In this document: piece after piece, positions 1 to 10,115 of the stretch
Numbering within the stretch: the stretch's first letter is position 1
Layout of the letters: the number at the start of each line of letters is the position of its first letter
NCBI GenBank assembly: GCA_003169735.1
Contig: PNAP01000034.1
Location: 45,648 to 109,647 of the forward strand
Source: Chloroflexota bacterium
Lineage (GTDB): Bacteria; Chloroflexota; Limnocylindria; Limnocylindrales; CSP1-4
Direction of reading: 5' to 3'
DNA length: 64,000 nucleotides
Made by a program: the position numbers and the translations under genes
The notes under the pieces: model-generated
Told to the model about the DNA's origin: nothing
Databases searched by the model: none
Seen by the model: the letters and a program-made list of their open reading frames with translations, nothing else

Positions 1-354
1 TGGCGTCGCGTCGACCGAGCCATCGGCGTGGAGACGGACGATCTTGCCGATCTGCTCGACCGCATAGAGATCGCCGGTGCCGTCGTTGGCGGTGGCCAGG
101 AAGACGGCGATGACCTTGTCGACGAACGGCACGATCTGGATCGAGACCCCTGGCGGCGGCGTAGTTGATGCTCCCGGCGTGTTCGACGCGCTCGTCGAAG
201 GCGTCGGCGAGCCTGCCGTGCCCGGAGATCCGGTCGCCGATGGCGTGGCCGGGGTCGGTGTCGAAGTGGAACCGGGAGTCGGGATGGGCGTCACCGAGGT
301 GATCGGGCCGGCGCACGCGCCCGCCAGTAACGCGACAGCGACGGATCCGGCCAT
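1..354 (-). CDS. Partial (5' part only) lipoprotein, soluble quinoprotein glucose/sorbosone dehydrogenase-like beta-propeller family
   Basis: Minus-strand ATG at 354..352 gives MAGSVAVALLAGACAGP (signal peptide plus lipobox LAGAC). It continues with a P/T-rich linker and then IQIVPFVDKVIAVFLATANDGTGDLYAVEQIGKIVRL, resembling the GSDH N-terminal blade. It runs off the window edge and is absent from the ORF track because it has no stop. Confidence 0.4.
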   Translation of the reverse strand, partial: MAGSVAVALLAGACAGPITSVTPIPTPGSTSTPTPATPSATGSPGTAGSPTPSTSASNTPGASTTPPPGVSIQIVPFVDKVIAVFLATANDGTGDLYAVEQIGKIVRLHADGSVDATP

Positions 355-418
355 GCAACGGCTCAGGCAGCGCTTCAGCACCCGCGAAGTCTCGCCCGAA
401 TCGCATCGCGCTGCATGT

Positions 419-3265
419 TCACCCTGTGCTCTGCACGCCGGCCGCGACGCCACTGACCGTCAGGTGGACAAGCCGGAGCACGGCCTCCCGCTCGGGGTCG
501 TTCGGGGCGAGGGAGCGAAGCCGCCGGAGCAGCCGGACCTGGAGCTCGGACAGGGAGTCGACGTAGGGGTTGCGCAGTGCGATGGAGCGCTGCAGGACGG
601 GCATCGAGTCCAGCAGGCGATCGCGGCGACTGATGCGCAGGACGCCGTCCGCGGTGCGCCGGAACTCGTCACGGATCACCTCCCAGATACGCCCGGCTGC
701 CGCGCCATCGGCCAGCTCGGCGTAACGGGACGCCACCGGCAAGTCTGCCTTGGCGAGACTCATCTCGGCCGTGTCGAGCAGCGTCGCGAAGAAGGGCCAC
801 GTTGCGTACAGCCGGCGCAGCCGCGCCAGGCCACGTCGGCCGTGTGCTGCCTCGTACTGGTCGAGTGCAGTGCCGATGCCGAACCAACCGGGCAGATTGG
901 CTCGCGACTGTGACCAGGCGAAGACCCAGGGGATGGCGCGCAGCGAGTCCAGAGTGGAGCCATCGCCGTCGGGCGGCGCGAGACGAGCCCGCGCGCTCGG
1001 TCGCGATCCGATGGCCATCCCGGCCAACTCGCCGATCGGCGTGGCGGCACGGAAGTAATCGGCGAACGCCGGGTCCTCCCACACCAGCGATCGGTAGGCG
1101 CGACGCGAGCCGGCGGCCAGTTCCTCCATCACGGCCATCCCGGCGCGTTGCGCCGCTCGACTCCGGCTTTCGTGACCGAGCGATGAGGCGATGAGGACCG
1201 CGTTCGTCAGTTGCTCGAGGTGGCGCAGGGCGATCTGGGGATTGGCGTAGCGGTCCGCGACCACCTCGCCCTGCTCGGTGAGCCGGAGTCGGCCGTCGAT
1301 CGAGTCGGGCGCGGCCGCGAGGATGGCCGCGTTCATCGGCCCACCGCCGCGGCCGATGGCCCCGCCCCGGCCGTGGAACAGCGTCACCTGCACCCCGTGT
1401 CGGCGGCCGACGGCGGCCAACGCCGCCTGGGCCCGGTAGAGCATCCAGCCCGCCGCCAGCGGCCCCGACTCCTTGGTCGAATCGGAGTAGCCCAGCATCA
1501 CCTCCTGCCGATCGCCGCGGCCGGCCAGGTGCCGGCGGTAGGACCCGTTCGAGATCAGGCGGTCCAGCACACCGCCGGCATCCTCGAGCGCATCGGCCGA
1601 TTCGAAGAGCGGGACGATGTCAAGAGCGGGCGGGCCATCCGGACTGGCGCGACGTGCGAGGTCGAGGACGTCGAGGACGTCGGAACCCGATCGCGTGAAA
1701 CTGATCACGTAGCGGCGGCAGGCGGCCTCGCCGAAGCGCGCCTGGATGTCGGCGATGGCGCGGAAGGTCTCGAGCACCTCGTCAACGGTCACGCCGGGCG
1801 CTACCTCGAGGTGCGCGGCTGCCTCTGGGCGCAGGCCGGCCTCGCGGAGCGCGGCGAGGGCGGCGGCGTGGACGCCGCTGTGCTGGCGGACCTCGAGCGA
1901 GAGCGCATGGAACCCGAAGGTCTCGACCTGCCAGCGCAGATCCTGCAGCTCGCCGTAGGCGACGCGCACCAGTCCATCGCCCGCCAGCGCGTCCCGCAAC
2001 TCGTCCAACTCGTCGATCAGGTGCGCCGGGTCGGCGTAGCTGCCCACGACCGCCGCGCCACCGGCATCCGCCACGAGCCGTGCCCGCGTGCGCCGGATGC
2101 GTTCCCCGATGAGCGCCAGCCGCTGCCGGTACGGCTCGTCCGGGAAGCGCTCGCGCAGCGCGGCGGCGGTCTCGGGCAGCTGGGCGAGGTCGGCCGCCAG
2201 ACGTGCCCGGAGGCTCGGCCTCAGCTTCTCGGGCGCGACGGTCGCGGCGAGCGTCTGCATCAGGCGAGCCGCGACCGCCTCGTAGGCCCGCAGCACGTGA
2301 TCCGCCTGTATGGAAAGTGCCTGCCGCGTCGTGGCGGCGGTGACATTGGGGTTGCCGTCGCGGTCGCCACCGATCCACGACCCCCAGTGGAGGAACGCAC
2401 CGCCCTCCGGTGGGCGAGTGCCGCTCTGGCCAGCGTCCCGCGCGGCTCTGACCGTCGCAGCCGCGTCCCGCGTCGGCGCGGCATCAAGATCGAATGCCCG
2501 GTCGAGTGAGCGGTAGAGGCGCGGCGTCACGACGAAGAGCGATTCGTCGAAGAACACCATCGCCGAACGGACCTCATCGAGCGGAGTGGGAGCCTGGACC
2601 CGGACCGCGGCGGTGTGCCACAGAAGGCTGATCTCTTCGCGCAACCGTCGGCGGATCTCGGCGTCCTCGGACGGCGTGAGACGGGGATCGTCCAGCCGAT
2701 CGAGCAGTCGGTAGCAACGGCGCAGGGCAACGAGCAGCGTGCGGCGGCGTGCCTCGGTCGGGTGCGCCGTGAGCACAAGCCCGATCGAGAGGCCGTCGAT
2801 CATCGCGCTCGTACGTCGCGCGGACAGGCCTTCAGCGCGCAGCGTTTCGATAGCCGCCGCGACCGAGTCCTCCAGAATGCCTCCCGGCGCCGAGCGCCCC
2901 CGCCGGCGGAGGCGTCGGACGCGTTGTTTCTCCTCGGCCAGGTTGACCAGCTGGAAGTACAGCGAGAAGGCACGGATGAGATCCTCGGTCGCTGCCAGGT
3001 CGAGCGGGTCGAGTTCGTGCGCAAGGGCAGCGCGATCCTTCGCCCGAGTTTCGGCATCCCCGTCACGACCGCCGCCGAGGCGCGACTCGATCGTGGCGCG
3101 GCGCACGCGCTCGACCAACCCGAACATCTCGGCGCCGGCCTGCTCGGTCACGACCTGGCCGAGAAGGGCGCCGAGCAGCTTGACCTCGCGCGCGAGCGGG
3201 TCACGGGCACCGGACGTGCCGATGCCGCGCGGCTCGGCGCGGACCGCCGCGTTGCTCAGTGCGTC
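419..3265 (-). CDS. ppc: Phosphoenolpyruvate carboxylase
   Basis: PEPC signatures VLTAHPTE and GYSDSTKESG are present, and the N-terminus (ARDPLAREVKLLGALLGQV) resembles actinobacterial PEPC. The ORF can extend to 3499, but that would overlap aceE by 243 bp, so the true start is probably internal and non-ATG near 3220-3270. Confidence 0.85.
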   Translation of the reverse strand, partial: DALSNAAVRAEPRGIGTSGARDPLAREVKLLGALLGQVVTEQAGAEMFGLVERVRRATIESRLGGGRDGDAETRAKDRAALAHELDPLDLAATEDLIRAFSLYFQLVNLAEEKQRVRRLRRRGRSAPGGILEDSVAAAIETLRAEGLSARRTSAMIDGLSIGLVLTAHPTEARRRTLLVALRRCYRLLDRLDDPRLTPSEDAEIRRRLREEISLLWHTAAVRVQAPTPLDEVRSAMVFFDESLFVVTPRLYRSLDRAFDLDAAPTRDAAATVRAARDAGQSGTRPPEGGAFLHWGSWIGGDRDGNPNVTAATTRQALSIQADHVLRAYEAVAARLMQTLAATVAPEKLRPSLRARLAADLAQLPETAAALRERFPDEPYRQRLALIGERIRRTRARLVADAGGAAVVGSYADPAHLIDELDELRDALAGDGLVRVAYGELQDLRWQVETFGFHALSLEVRQHSGVHAAALAALREAGLRPEAAAHLEVAPGVTVDEVLETFRAIADIQARFGEAACRRYVISFTRSGSDVLDVLDLARRASPDGPPALDIVPLFESADALEDAGGVLDRLISNGSYRRHLAGRGDRQEVMLGYSDSTKESGPLAAGWMLYRAQAALAAVGRRHGVQVTLFHGRGGAIGRGGGPMNAAILAAAPDSIDGRLRLTEQGEVVADRYANPQIALRHLEQLTNAVLIASSLGHESRSRAAQRAGMAVMEELAAGSRRAYRSLVWEDPAFADYFRAATPIGELAGMAIGSRPSARARLAPPDGDGSTLDSLRAIPWVFAWSQSRANLPGWFGIGTALDQYEAAHGRRGLARLRRLYATWPFFATLLDTAEMSLAKADLPVASRYAELADGAAAGRIWEVIRDEFRRTADGVLRISRRDRLLDSMPVLQRSIALRNPYVDSLSELQVRLLRRLRSLAPNDPEREAVLRLVHLTVSGVAAGVQSTG

Positions 3266-5994
3266 AACGAGAATGGCGCCTCGGGATCGAGGCCCAGGTC
3301 GCGGGCTGCCGCCGCCACTCGCTCCGGTTCGATGCGACCGCAGCGCGCCAGCTCGGCCAACACCGCCAGCGCGACCGATTCGGCATCGACTTCGAAGAAG
3401 CGCCGCAGCGCCTCGCGCGTGTCGCTGCGACCGAAGCCGTCGGTGCCGAGACTTCGCCACGAGCCACCCGGCACCCAGCGCGAGATGAGGTCCGGCCACG
3501 CCCTCAGATAGTCGCTGACGGCGACGATCGGTCCGCGGCCGCCGGGCTCGGCGAGGAGCTGGGCGACGAGCGGCGTGCGTGGTTCCTCCGCAGCGTGGAG
3601 GCGGTTCCAGCGCTCGATCCCGAGTGCCTCATTGCGGAGCAGCTGATAGGAGGTCGCGCTCCAGACCTCGGCCGCGACCCCGAATCGCTCGGCCAGAAGG
3701 TGCTGGGCGCGAAGCGCCTGCTGCATGATCGAGCCGCTGCCGAGGATGGTCGCCGTCAGCGGGCCACGGTCGCCGGGCGAAGCCGCCACCTCGGGCGCCG
3801 CCGCGAAACGGTACAGGCCGCGCAGGATCGCCTCGTCGGTCGCATCGTCAGGCCGCGGCGGCATGGCGTAGTTCTCGTTGTAGAGGGCGAGGTAGTAGAA
3901 GACGTCCTCGGGCGCGGCCCCGTACATGCGTGAGATGCCCTCGCGCACCATGACCGCGGTCTCGTACGCGAAGGCCGGGTCGTAGATGCGGATGTTGGGG
4001 ATGACCGACGCGACCAGCGGGCTGTGGCCGTCCTCGTGCTGGAGCCCCTCCCCGTTGAGCGTCGTGCGGCCGGCCGTGCCGCCCAGCAGGAAACCGCGGC
4101 CGCGCGCATCACCGAAGGCCCAGAACTCGTCGCCGGTGCGCTGGAAACCGAACATCGAATAGAAGATGTAGAAGGGGATCATCGGCTGACCCCACGACGC
4201 GTACGCGGTCGAGGCCGCGGTGAACGACGCCATCGCGCCCGCCTCGGTGATGCCCTCCTCGAGCAGCTGGCCGTCGGAGGCTTCGCGGTACGAGAGCATC
4301 AGTCCCGCGTCGACGGGCTCGTACTGCTGACCGAAGGGTGCGTAGATCTTGAACTCGGCGAAGAGCCCGTCGAGACCGAACGTCCGCGCCTCGTCGGGGA
4401 TGATCGGAACGACACGCGGCCCGATCTCGGGTTCCTTCAGCAGCACGCGAAGCAGCCGCGCGAACGCCATCGTCGTCGATGCGGGAACCTTCTCGCCGGT
4501 TCCCGCGGTCAACTGGTCGATGATCCCGTCGCGCGGGAACACGACGGTCTTCGAACGTTCGGAGCGATCGGGCAGGAAACCGTCGAGCGCGCGCCGGCGC
4601 TCCATCATGTACTCGTACTCGGGTGATTCCCGCCCGGGGTGGAAGTACGGAGCCATGCCCGTCTCGAGCTCGCGGTCGGGGATCTCCATGTAGAGGCGGT
4701 CGCGCAACGCTTTGAGCTGATCGGGCGACATCTTCTTGATCTGGTGCGTCGCGTTGCGCGCTTCGAAGTCGGGACCGAGCGTCCAGCCCTTCACCGTCTT
4801 CGCCAGGATGACGGTCGGGGTGCCCTCGTGCTCCACGGCGGTCTTGTACGCGGCAAAGATCTTCCGGTAGTCGTGACCGCCGCGCGGCAACCGCTGCAAC
4901 TCGTCGTCGGAAAGGTGCTCGACCATCTTGCGCAGGCGCGGGTCGGGGCCGAAGAAATGCTCACGGATGTACGCGCCCGACTCGACCGCGTACTTCTGGA
5001 ACTCGCCGTCGACGGTCGTGTTCATCTTGTTCACGAGCACACCGTCGACGTCGCGGGCGAGGAGATCGTCCCACTGCCGGCCCCAGACGACCTTGAGGAC
5101 GTTCCACCCCATGCCGCGGAACGTCGATTCGAATTCCTGGATGATCTTGCCGTTGCCGCGCACCGGACCGTCCAGGCGTTGGAGGTTGCAGTTGACCACG
5201 AAGGTCAGGTTGTCGAGGCCCTCGCGGGCGGCGATGGAGATCGACCCGAGCGCCTCCGGTTCGTCCGTCTCGCCGTCGCCGACGAAGCACCACACGTGGT
5301 TGTCACTGGTGTCCTTGATGCCGCGCGCCGCCAGGTAGCGGTTGAAGCGCGCCTGGTAGACCGCCGCAAGCGGGCCGAGGCCCATCGAAACGGTCGGGAA
5401 CTCCCAGAAGTCGGGCATCAGCCGCGGATGCGGATACGAACTCAGTCCCTGGCCCGGAACGACCTCGCGGCGGAAGTGATCGAGCTGGTCCTCGCTGAGG
5501 CGACCTTCGAGGAACGCGCGGGCGTAGATGCCCGGCGCAGCGTGGCCCTGGAAGAAGACCTGGTCGCCCATGCCGCGGGCGTCCTTGCCACGGAAGAAGT
5601 GGTTGAAGCCGACCTCATAGAGGCTCGCCGCAGAGGCATACGTGGCGAGGTGGCCGCCGATGCCCGCCGACACGGCGTTGGCCCGCAAGACCATCGCCAC
5701 GGCGTTCCAGCGCACCATGCGGCGGATGCGCAGCTCCATCTCCTCGTCGCCCGGGAACGGGGGCTCCTGCTCCGGCGAGATGGTGTTGATGTAGCGCGTC
5801 TGGGTCAGCGGCGGCAGGCCGATGTTGAGCTGCCGTGCCCGCTTCAGGAGCCGATAGAGGATGAACTGGGCACGATCGCTGCCCTCGTTGGCCACGACCG
5901 AGTCGAGCGAGTCGATCCAGTCGTCGGTCTCCGCGGCGTCGCGGTCGGGCAGCTGGCGCTTGAAATCGCCGAAGTGGTCGAACATCGTGCTCAT
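3256..5994 (-). CDS. aceE: Pyruvate dehydrogenase E1 component (homodimeric type)
   Basis: 912 aa beginning MSTMFDHFGDFKRQLPDRD, with full-length similarity to AceE including the ThDP-binding region GDGETDEPE. Confidence 0.9.
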   Translation of the reverse strand: MSTMFDHFGDFKRQLPDRDAAETDDWIDSLDSVVANEGSDRAQFILYRLLKRARQLNIGLPPLTQTRYINTISPEQEPPFPGDEEMELRIRRMVRWNAVAMVLRANAVSAGIGGHLATYASAASLYEVGFNHFFRGKDARGMGDQVFFQGHAAPGIYARAFLEGRLSEDQLDHFRREVVPGQGLSSYPHPRLMPDFWEFPTVSMGLGPLAAVYQARFNRYLAARGIKDTSDNHVWCFVGDGETDEPEALGSISIAAREGLDNLTFVVNCNLQRLDGPVRGNGKIIQEFESTFRGMGWNVLKVVWGRQWDDLLARDVDGVLVNKMNTTVDGEFQKYAVESGAYIREHFFGPDPRLRKMVEHLSDDELQRLPRGGHDYRKIFAAYKTAVEHEGTPTVILAKTVKGWTLGPDFEARNATHQIKKMSPDQLKALRDRLYMEIPDRELETGMAPYFHPGRESPEYEYMMERRRALDGFLPDRSERSKTVVFPRDGIIDQLTAGTGEKVPASTTMAFARLLRVLLKEPEIGPRVVPIIPDEARTFGLDGLFAEFKIYAPFGQQYEPVDAGLMLSYREASDGQLLEEGITEAGAMASFTAASTAYASWGQPMIPFYIFYSMFGFQRTGDEFWAFGDARGRGFLLGGTAGRTTLNGEGLQHEDGHSPLVASVIPNIRIYDPAFAYETAVMVREGISRMYGAAPEDVFYYLALYNENYAMPPRPDDATDEAILRGLYRFAAAPEVAASPGDRGPLTATILGSGSIMQQALRAQHLLAERFGVAAEVWSATSYQLLRNEALGIERWNRLHAAEEPRTPLVAQLLAEPGGRGPIVAVSDYLRAWPDLISRWVPGGSWRSLGTDGFGRSDTREALRRFFEVDAESVALAVLAELARCGRIEPERVAAAARDLGLDPEAPFSLTH

Positions 5995-5995
5995 C

Positions 5996-7042
5996 CTACG
6001 GCACCTCGATGGTCGCCCTCAGGATGCAGTGGTCGCTGCCCCGCGGCGTGCAGTCGGGCGAGATCGAGAGCGGCGCCGCGGGCGCGCCGACGAGGACGTG
6101 GTCGATGGTCAACAGCCCGAACGGCAGCCACTCGATGTCATGCGGCCGCCAGGTGCTGCCGAGGCCGACGCCGACGGCGTCCTGCGCATCCTGCAACCCG
6201 GCCGAGAGGTCAGCGAACGCCGGCTCACGGTCGGTCGTGTTGAAGTCGCCGAACAGGACGAGCGGCTCGCCGACCGACCGATTCGGGTCGACGAAGGTCT
6301 GGCGCAGCCGGACCAGCGAGGCGTCGCGTTGGGTGGCGTCGAAATCGATCGGCAGGGGCGGGTCGAACAGCGTGGTCAGCGACCCTGGGTGCGGGTGGGC
6401 AGTGACCACGAGCAGAGTTCGGCCGCCGCCGAGGTCGAGCAGCGCCCGGATGGCGGACGGATCGTCGATCGCGCCCGAGTCGATGACGGGGTGGCTGCTC
6501 AACAGGCCGATACCGTCCGAGCCGTCACTCGGTCGGAGGAGCCGGTACGGATAGCGCACCGCCAGTGTGGCGTCGGCTGCGATGGCGGCGCTGTTGCTGC
6601 GATCGAGTTCCTGGAGCCCGATGACGTCGGCGTCGGACGCTTCCAGAACGGGCAATAAGCCGGGCACACCCGAGCCGGTCGCCTCGAGGTTCCAGCTCAT
6701 GACTCGAACCACGAGATCGCCCGGCGTCGGCGCCGGCGGGACGGCGAACATGCCCGGGCCGAAACGGACGACGCCGACGGCCACGATCGCCACGAGGCCC
6801 ACGGCGATGAAGCGTCGCGGCCGATCTGACGCCAGGTCGTGGATGCGGTCGCCGCGGCCAGCCAGGAGCAGCACGAGGAGAGCGACGCTGGTCACGGCGA
6901 ACAGGTGCGGCGCGATGATCTCCGCCACCGCCGCGAGTCCGTTGCGCTGCGGCAGGATGACCTGTTGCGCGGTAAGGACGAGCAACGCCAACGGCAGGCA
7001 TGCCGCCAGCCGAAGCAGCGTCAGTCGGGCTGCTCGTATCAT
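5996..7042 (-). CDS. Endonuclease/exonuclease/phosphatase (EEP) family membrane protein
   Basis: N-terminal TM helices followed by an EEP fold (VMSWNLE, LQELD, GDFNTT, SDHC). Its stop lies 1 bp from the aceE start. The start may be 7084 or the internal M at 7042. Confidence 0.55.
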   Translation of the reverse strand: MIRAARLTLLRLAACLPLALLVLTAQQVILPQRNGLAAVAEIIAPHLFAVTSVALLVLLLAGRGDRIHDLASDRPRRFIAVGLVAIVAVGVVRFGPGMFAVPPAPTPGDLVVRVMSWNLEATGSGVPGLLPVLEASDADVIGLQELDRSNSAAIAADATLAVRYPYRLLRPSDGSDGIGLLSSHPVIDSGAIDDPSAIRALLDLGGGRTLLVVTAHPHPGSLTTLFDPPLPIDFDATQRDASLVRLRQTFVDPNRSVGEPLVLFGDFNTTDREPAFADLSAGLQDAQDAVGVGLGSTWRPHDIEWLPFGLLTIDHVLVGAPAAPLSISPDCTPRGSDHCILRATIEVP

Positions 7043-7086
7043 CGAGCGCACGGCGCGTTCATCGCGTGCCAGCGTATCCTCCACCG

Positions 7087-8025
7087 ATGGACATCGCGAC
7101 GACCACGAAGACCGGCCACGTCACCATGGATGATCCGCTCGTGCCCGTTCCCGGCGACCGCGTGGCCGGCCATGCCCTCGGCATCGACATCGGCGGGACG
7201 GGCGTCAAGGCCGGCCTCGTCGACCTTTCGACGGGAGAGCTGATCAGCGATCGCGTGCGTGAGCGGACACCGCAGCCCTCGACCCCGACCGCGGTTGCGG
7301 CGACCGTGGCATCGGTCGTCGGCAAGGTCCTGGCCGGCCGGACCGTGCCCGATGACATGCCCGCCGGCGCGGGCCTGCCGGGCGTCATCACCGACGGCCA
7401 CATCCGGACCGCGGCCAACATCGATCGCGCCTGGGTCGACGTCTCGGCCGAGGAGCTGCTCGGGACCGCCATCGGGCGGCGCGTGTACGCCATCAATGAT
7501 GCCGATGCGGCCGGTGTCGCCGAGATGTTCCACGGCGCCGGCAAGGGCGTGACCGGCACGGTCCTCGTGCTGACCATCGGTACCGGCATCGGATCGGCGC
7601 TGTTCATCGACGGACGGCTCGTTCCGAACTGCGAGTTCGGGCATATCGAACTGCACGGCCGCGATGCGGAGACGCTGGTGAGTGGCGCGGCCCGCGAGCG
7701 ACGTCATCGCGGATGGCGCCGCTGGGCACGCGACTTCAACGGCTACCTCGCCCACATGGAGGCGTATCTCTGGCCGGACCTGATCATCCTCGGCGGCGGT
7801 GTCAGCAAGGAGCTGCCGCGCTACAAGGATTGGCTCGTGACGCGGGCGCCGGTCAAGGCGGCGGTCCATCTCAATTCGTCCGGCATCATCGGTGCTGCCG
7901 TGGCCGCCCGGTACGCGGCGCGGGTGGACGCAGCGAAGGCTGACGCGGAGCGATCAGACGCGAGGCGGGCGCCGACCAGGCGACGAGCACCCGCCAGATC
8001 CGACGAAGTCGCCGCCTCCGACTGA
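7087..8025 (+). CDS. ppgK: Polyphosphate/ATP-dependent glucokinase, ROK family
   Basis: GIDIGGTGVK, TPQPSTP and GHIEL motifs, with strong similarity to mycobacterial PpgK. An alternative start is at 7126. Confidence 0.8.
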   Translation: MDIATTTKTGHVTMDDPLVPVPGDRVAGHALGIDIGGTGVKAGLVDLSTGELISDRVRERTPQPSTPTAVAATVASVVGKVLAGRTVPDDMPAGAGLPGVITDGHIRTAANIDRAWVDVSAEELLGTAIGRRVYAINDADAAGVAEMFHGAGKGVTGTVLVLTIGTGIGSALFIDGRLVPNCEFGHIELHGRDAETLVSGAARERRHRGWRRWARDFNGYLAHMEAYLWPDLIILGGGVSKELPRYKDWLVTRAPVKAAVHLNSSGIIGAAVAARYAARVDAAKADAERSDARRAPTRRRAPARSDEVAASD

Positions 8026-8046
8026 ACCGACCGGCCCGACTCGACG

Positions 8047-8931
8047 GTGCAGCTCCACCTCCTTGACGCGACCTACGAACTCTTTCGCTCGCACTTCGGC
8101 CGGCCGCCCCATGCCGACCCGCATGGCCAGCCGGTCGGCGCTACCGTCGGGCTGATCGAGAGCACGCTGTATCTCTTCCGCGAGGATGGGGTCACGCATC
8201 TCGGTTGCGCCGCCGACCATGTCATCCGGTCGTGGCGCAACGATCGATACGCCAGGTACAAGACCGATTCCGGCATGCCACCGGAGCTCCTCGCCCAGTT
8301 CCCATTGGCGGAGGACGCGCTGCGTGCCATCGGCGCGATCGTCTGGCCGATGGTCGATGACGAGGCGGACGACGCTCTCGGCGCCGCGGCCGCGCGTTGG
8401 GCCGACGCTCCGGAGGTCGAGCGTATCGTCATCCTCTCGCCCGACAAGGACATGGCACAGTGCGTTCGCGAGGACGGACGCGTCGTTTGCTACGACCGTC
8501 GCCAGCGGGCGTTCCTGGATGCCGACGGCGTGGAGGCGAAATTCGGCGTTCGACCGACGAGCATCCCGGACTACCTGGCGCTGGTCGGCGACAGCTCGGA
8601 CGGGTACCCGGGCCTGCCGGGTTGGGGCGCCAAGTCGGCCGCGGCCGTACTCCTGCGCTACCCCCATCTCGAGCAGATCCCCCCGTCCGTGCGCAGCTGG
8701 GACCTGAGCGTGCGCAGCGCGGCCGTGCTGGCACAGACGCTGCGCGAGCACTGGGACGAGGCGCTTCTCTACCGCGAGTTGGCAACGCTCAACCTGGACG
8801 CGCCGATCCCGCAACGGACGCCCGACGAGTTGCGGTGGCGAGGCGTGCCGCGGGCGCCATTCACGGCCATGGTCGAGCGCCTCGGGGCGCCGGGGCTGGT
8901 CAGCCGCGTGCCTCGCTGGGCGGACGAATAG
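8047..8931 (+). CDS. 5'-3' exonuclease (PIN / FEN-like, Pol I N-domain family)
   Basis: GTG start followed by LHLLDATYELFRSHF, and a DYLALVGDSSDGYPGLPGWG H3TH motif. Confidence 0.7.
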   Translation: MQLHLLDATYELFRSHFGRPPHADPHGQPVGATVGLIESTLYLFREDGVTHLGCAADHVIRSWRNDRYARYKTDSGMPPELLAQFPLAEDALRAIGAIVWPMVDDEADDALGAAAARWADAPEVERIVILSPDKDMAQCVREDGRVVCYDRRQRAFLDADGVEAKFGVRPTSIPDYLALVGDSSDGYPGLPGWGAKSAAAVLLRYPHLEQIPPSVRSWDLSVRSAAVLAQTLREHWDEALLYRELATLNLDAPIPQRTPDELRWRGVPRAPFTAMVERLGAPGLVSRVPRWADE

Positions 8932-9180
8932 CCGACCGTCGGGTGTGGGCCTGTCCTCCACCGTGGGCAGTTGGGGTCTGTCCGACGTCCGCCAGTCCGG
9001 CTTATGCATAGCTAGCACCAAACCGGGTCGTCATGACGCTAGGCAGTGGGCGTCGCGCCGAGGGCGGTATCGAGCGCCGGTCTTATGCTCAAACCGGACT
9101 GGCGGAGGAAGACAGAAGGCCGATCCTGAGCGCAGCCCGAGCGTCGGACGAGACGCGACCAGGACGAGCCACGACCTACT

Positions 9181-10068
9181 TCAGCGCAGAAGTTCGAGGT
9201 ACGCCGCGTGGTGGATCGGCGGCGCGGCCACGATGCCGGTCGCGCGAGTCCCCCGCGACAGGTCGAACCAGGCGCCGCCGGCCATGTCGGTGATCATCGC
9301 GCCACCCTCGATGGCGATGAGGCCGGCCGCGGCGATGTCCCAGAGGGAAAGCCCGGCCGCCTGGATGAAGGCATCGAATCGACCGTTGCCGACGTAGGCC
9401 AGCGCGAGCGCTGCGCTGCCAGTGACGCGCGACACGCGGATCGCCTTCTGGATGCGGCCCTCACGGCGCGAGAACCGTTGGTGCGGCAGGGCCAGCGAGA
9501 TGACCGCGTCACTCATCTTCTCCTTGGCCACGTGGTGGATCGGCTGGCCGTTCAGGAACGCTCCGCCGCCGGCGACCGCGCTGAAGAGATCGTCGCGGGC
9601 TGGGTCGTAGACGGCAGCGACCGTCGGCCGTCCGCCGACGACCAGGCCGATGCTGACGCAGAAGACGGGGATCCCATTGGCGTAGTTGACCGTGCCGTCG
9701 AGCGGGTCGATGACCCAGATGCGGTGGTCAGCCGGAACGGGCATCGGCACGATCGGCGAGGGCGAGGTCGTCGCGGGGCCGCCCGGCTTTGGGCCCCCGG
9801 AGTGCCCCGATTCCTCGGCCAGGAAGACGTCGGACGGGAAGGCTGCCCGGATGGCGCCGATGATCAGCTCCTCGGACAGCGTGTCCACTTCGGTCACCAC
9901 GTCATGGGCGCTCTTGTGGACGATCCGCTCCAGCCGCTCGTAGCGGTCCATCTGGAGCGCACCGGCCCGGCGCGCCGCCTCAAGAGCGACCGTCAGCTCC
10001 GCCTCCAGCCCGACGGACCGAGCAGCCGCTTCCGGGGCGGACGACACATGGAGATCGGGCAGGGCCAT
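9181..10068 (-). CDS. Inositol monophosphatase family protein (SuhB/ImpA/HisN-like)
   Basis: WVIDPLDGTVNYANGIPVFCVSIGL and DAAGLIAIEGG motifs. It carries a Pro-rich 30-aa insert before the DPLDGT motif. The start was chosen at MALPDLH. Confidence 0.8.
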   Translation of the reverse strand: MALPDLHVSSAPEAAARSVGLEAELTVALEAARRAGALQMDRYERLERIVHKSAHDVVTEVDTLSEELIIGAIRAAFPSDVFLAEESGHSGGPKPGGPATTSPSPIVPMPVPADHRIWVIDPLDGTVNYANGIPVFCVSIGLVVGGRPTVAAVYDPARDDLFSAVAGGGAFLNGQPIHHVAKEKMSDAVISLALPHQRFSRREGRIQKAIRVSRVTGSAALALAYVGNGRFDAFIQAAGLSLWDIAAAGLIAIEGGAMITDMAGGAWFDLSRGTRATGIVAAPPIHHAAYLELLR

Positions 10069-10115
10069 CGCACCGATGCTACCCCGTCGAGCCGCCGGAC
10101 CGGCGGCGCTGGCTT

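Noticed and set aside
77-913. 278-aa plus-strand ORF overlapping the ppc 3' end
   Set aside because: It is antisense to ppc and to the partial lipoprotein gene, has no homology, and is a typical high-GC spurious ORF.
3256-3499. ppc/aceE 243-bp overlap as a real feature
   Set aside because: It is more parsimoniously an artefact of calling the first in-frame ATG. PEPC homology starts downstream of the aceE stop.
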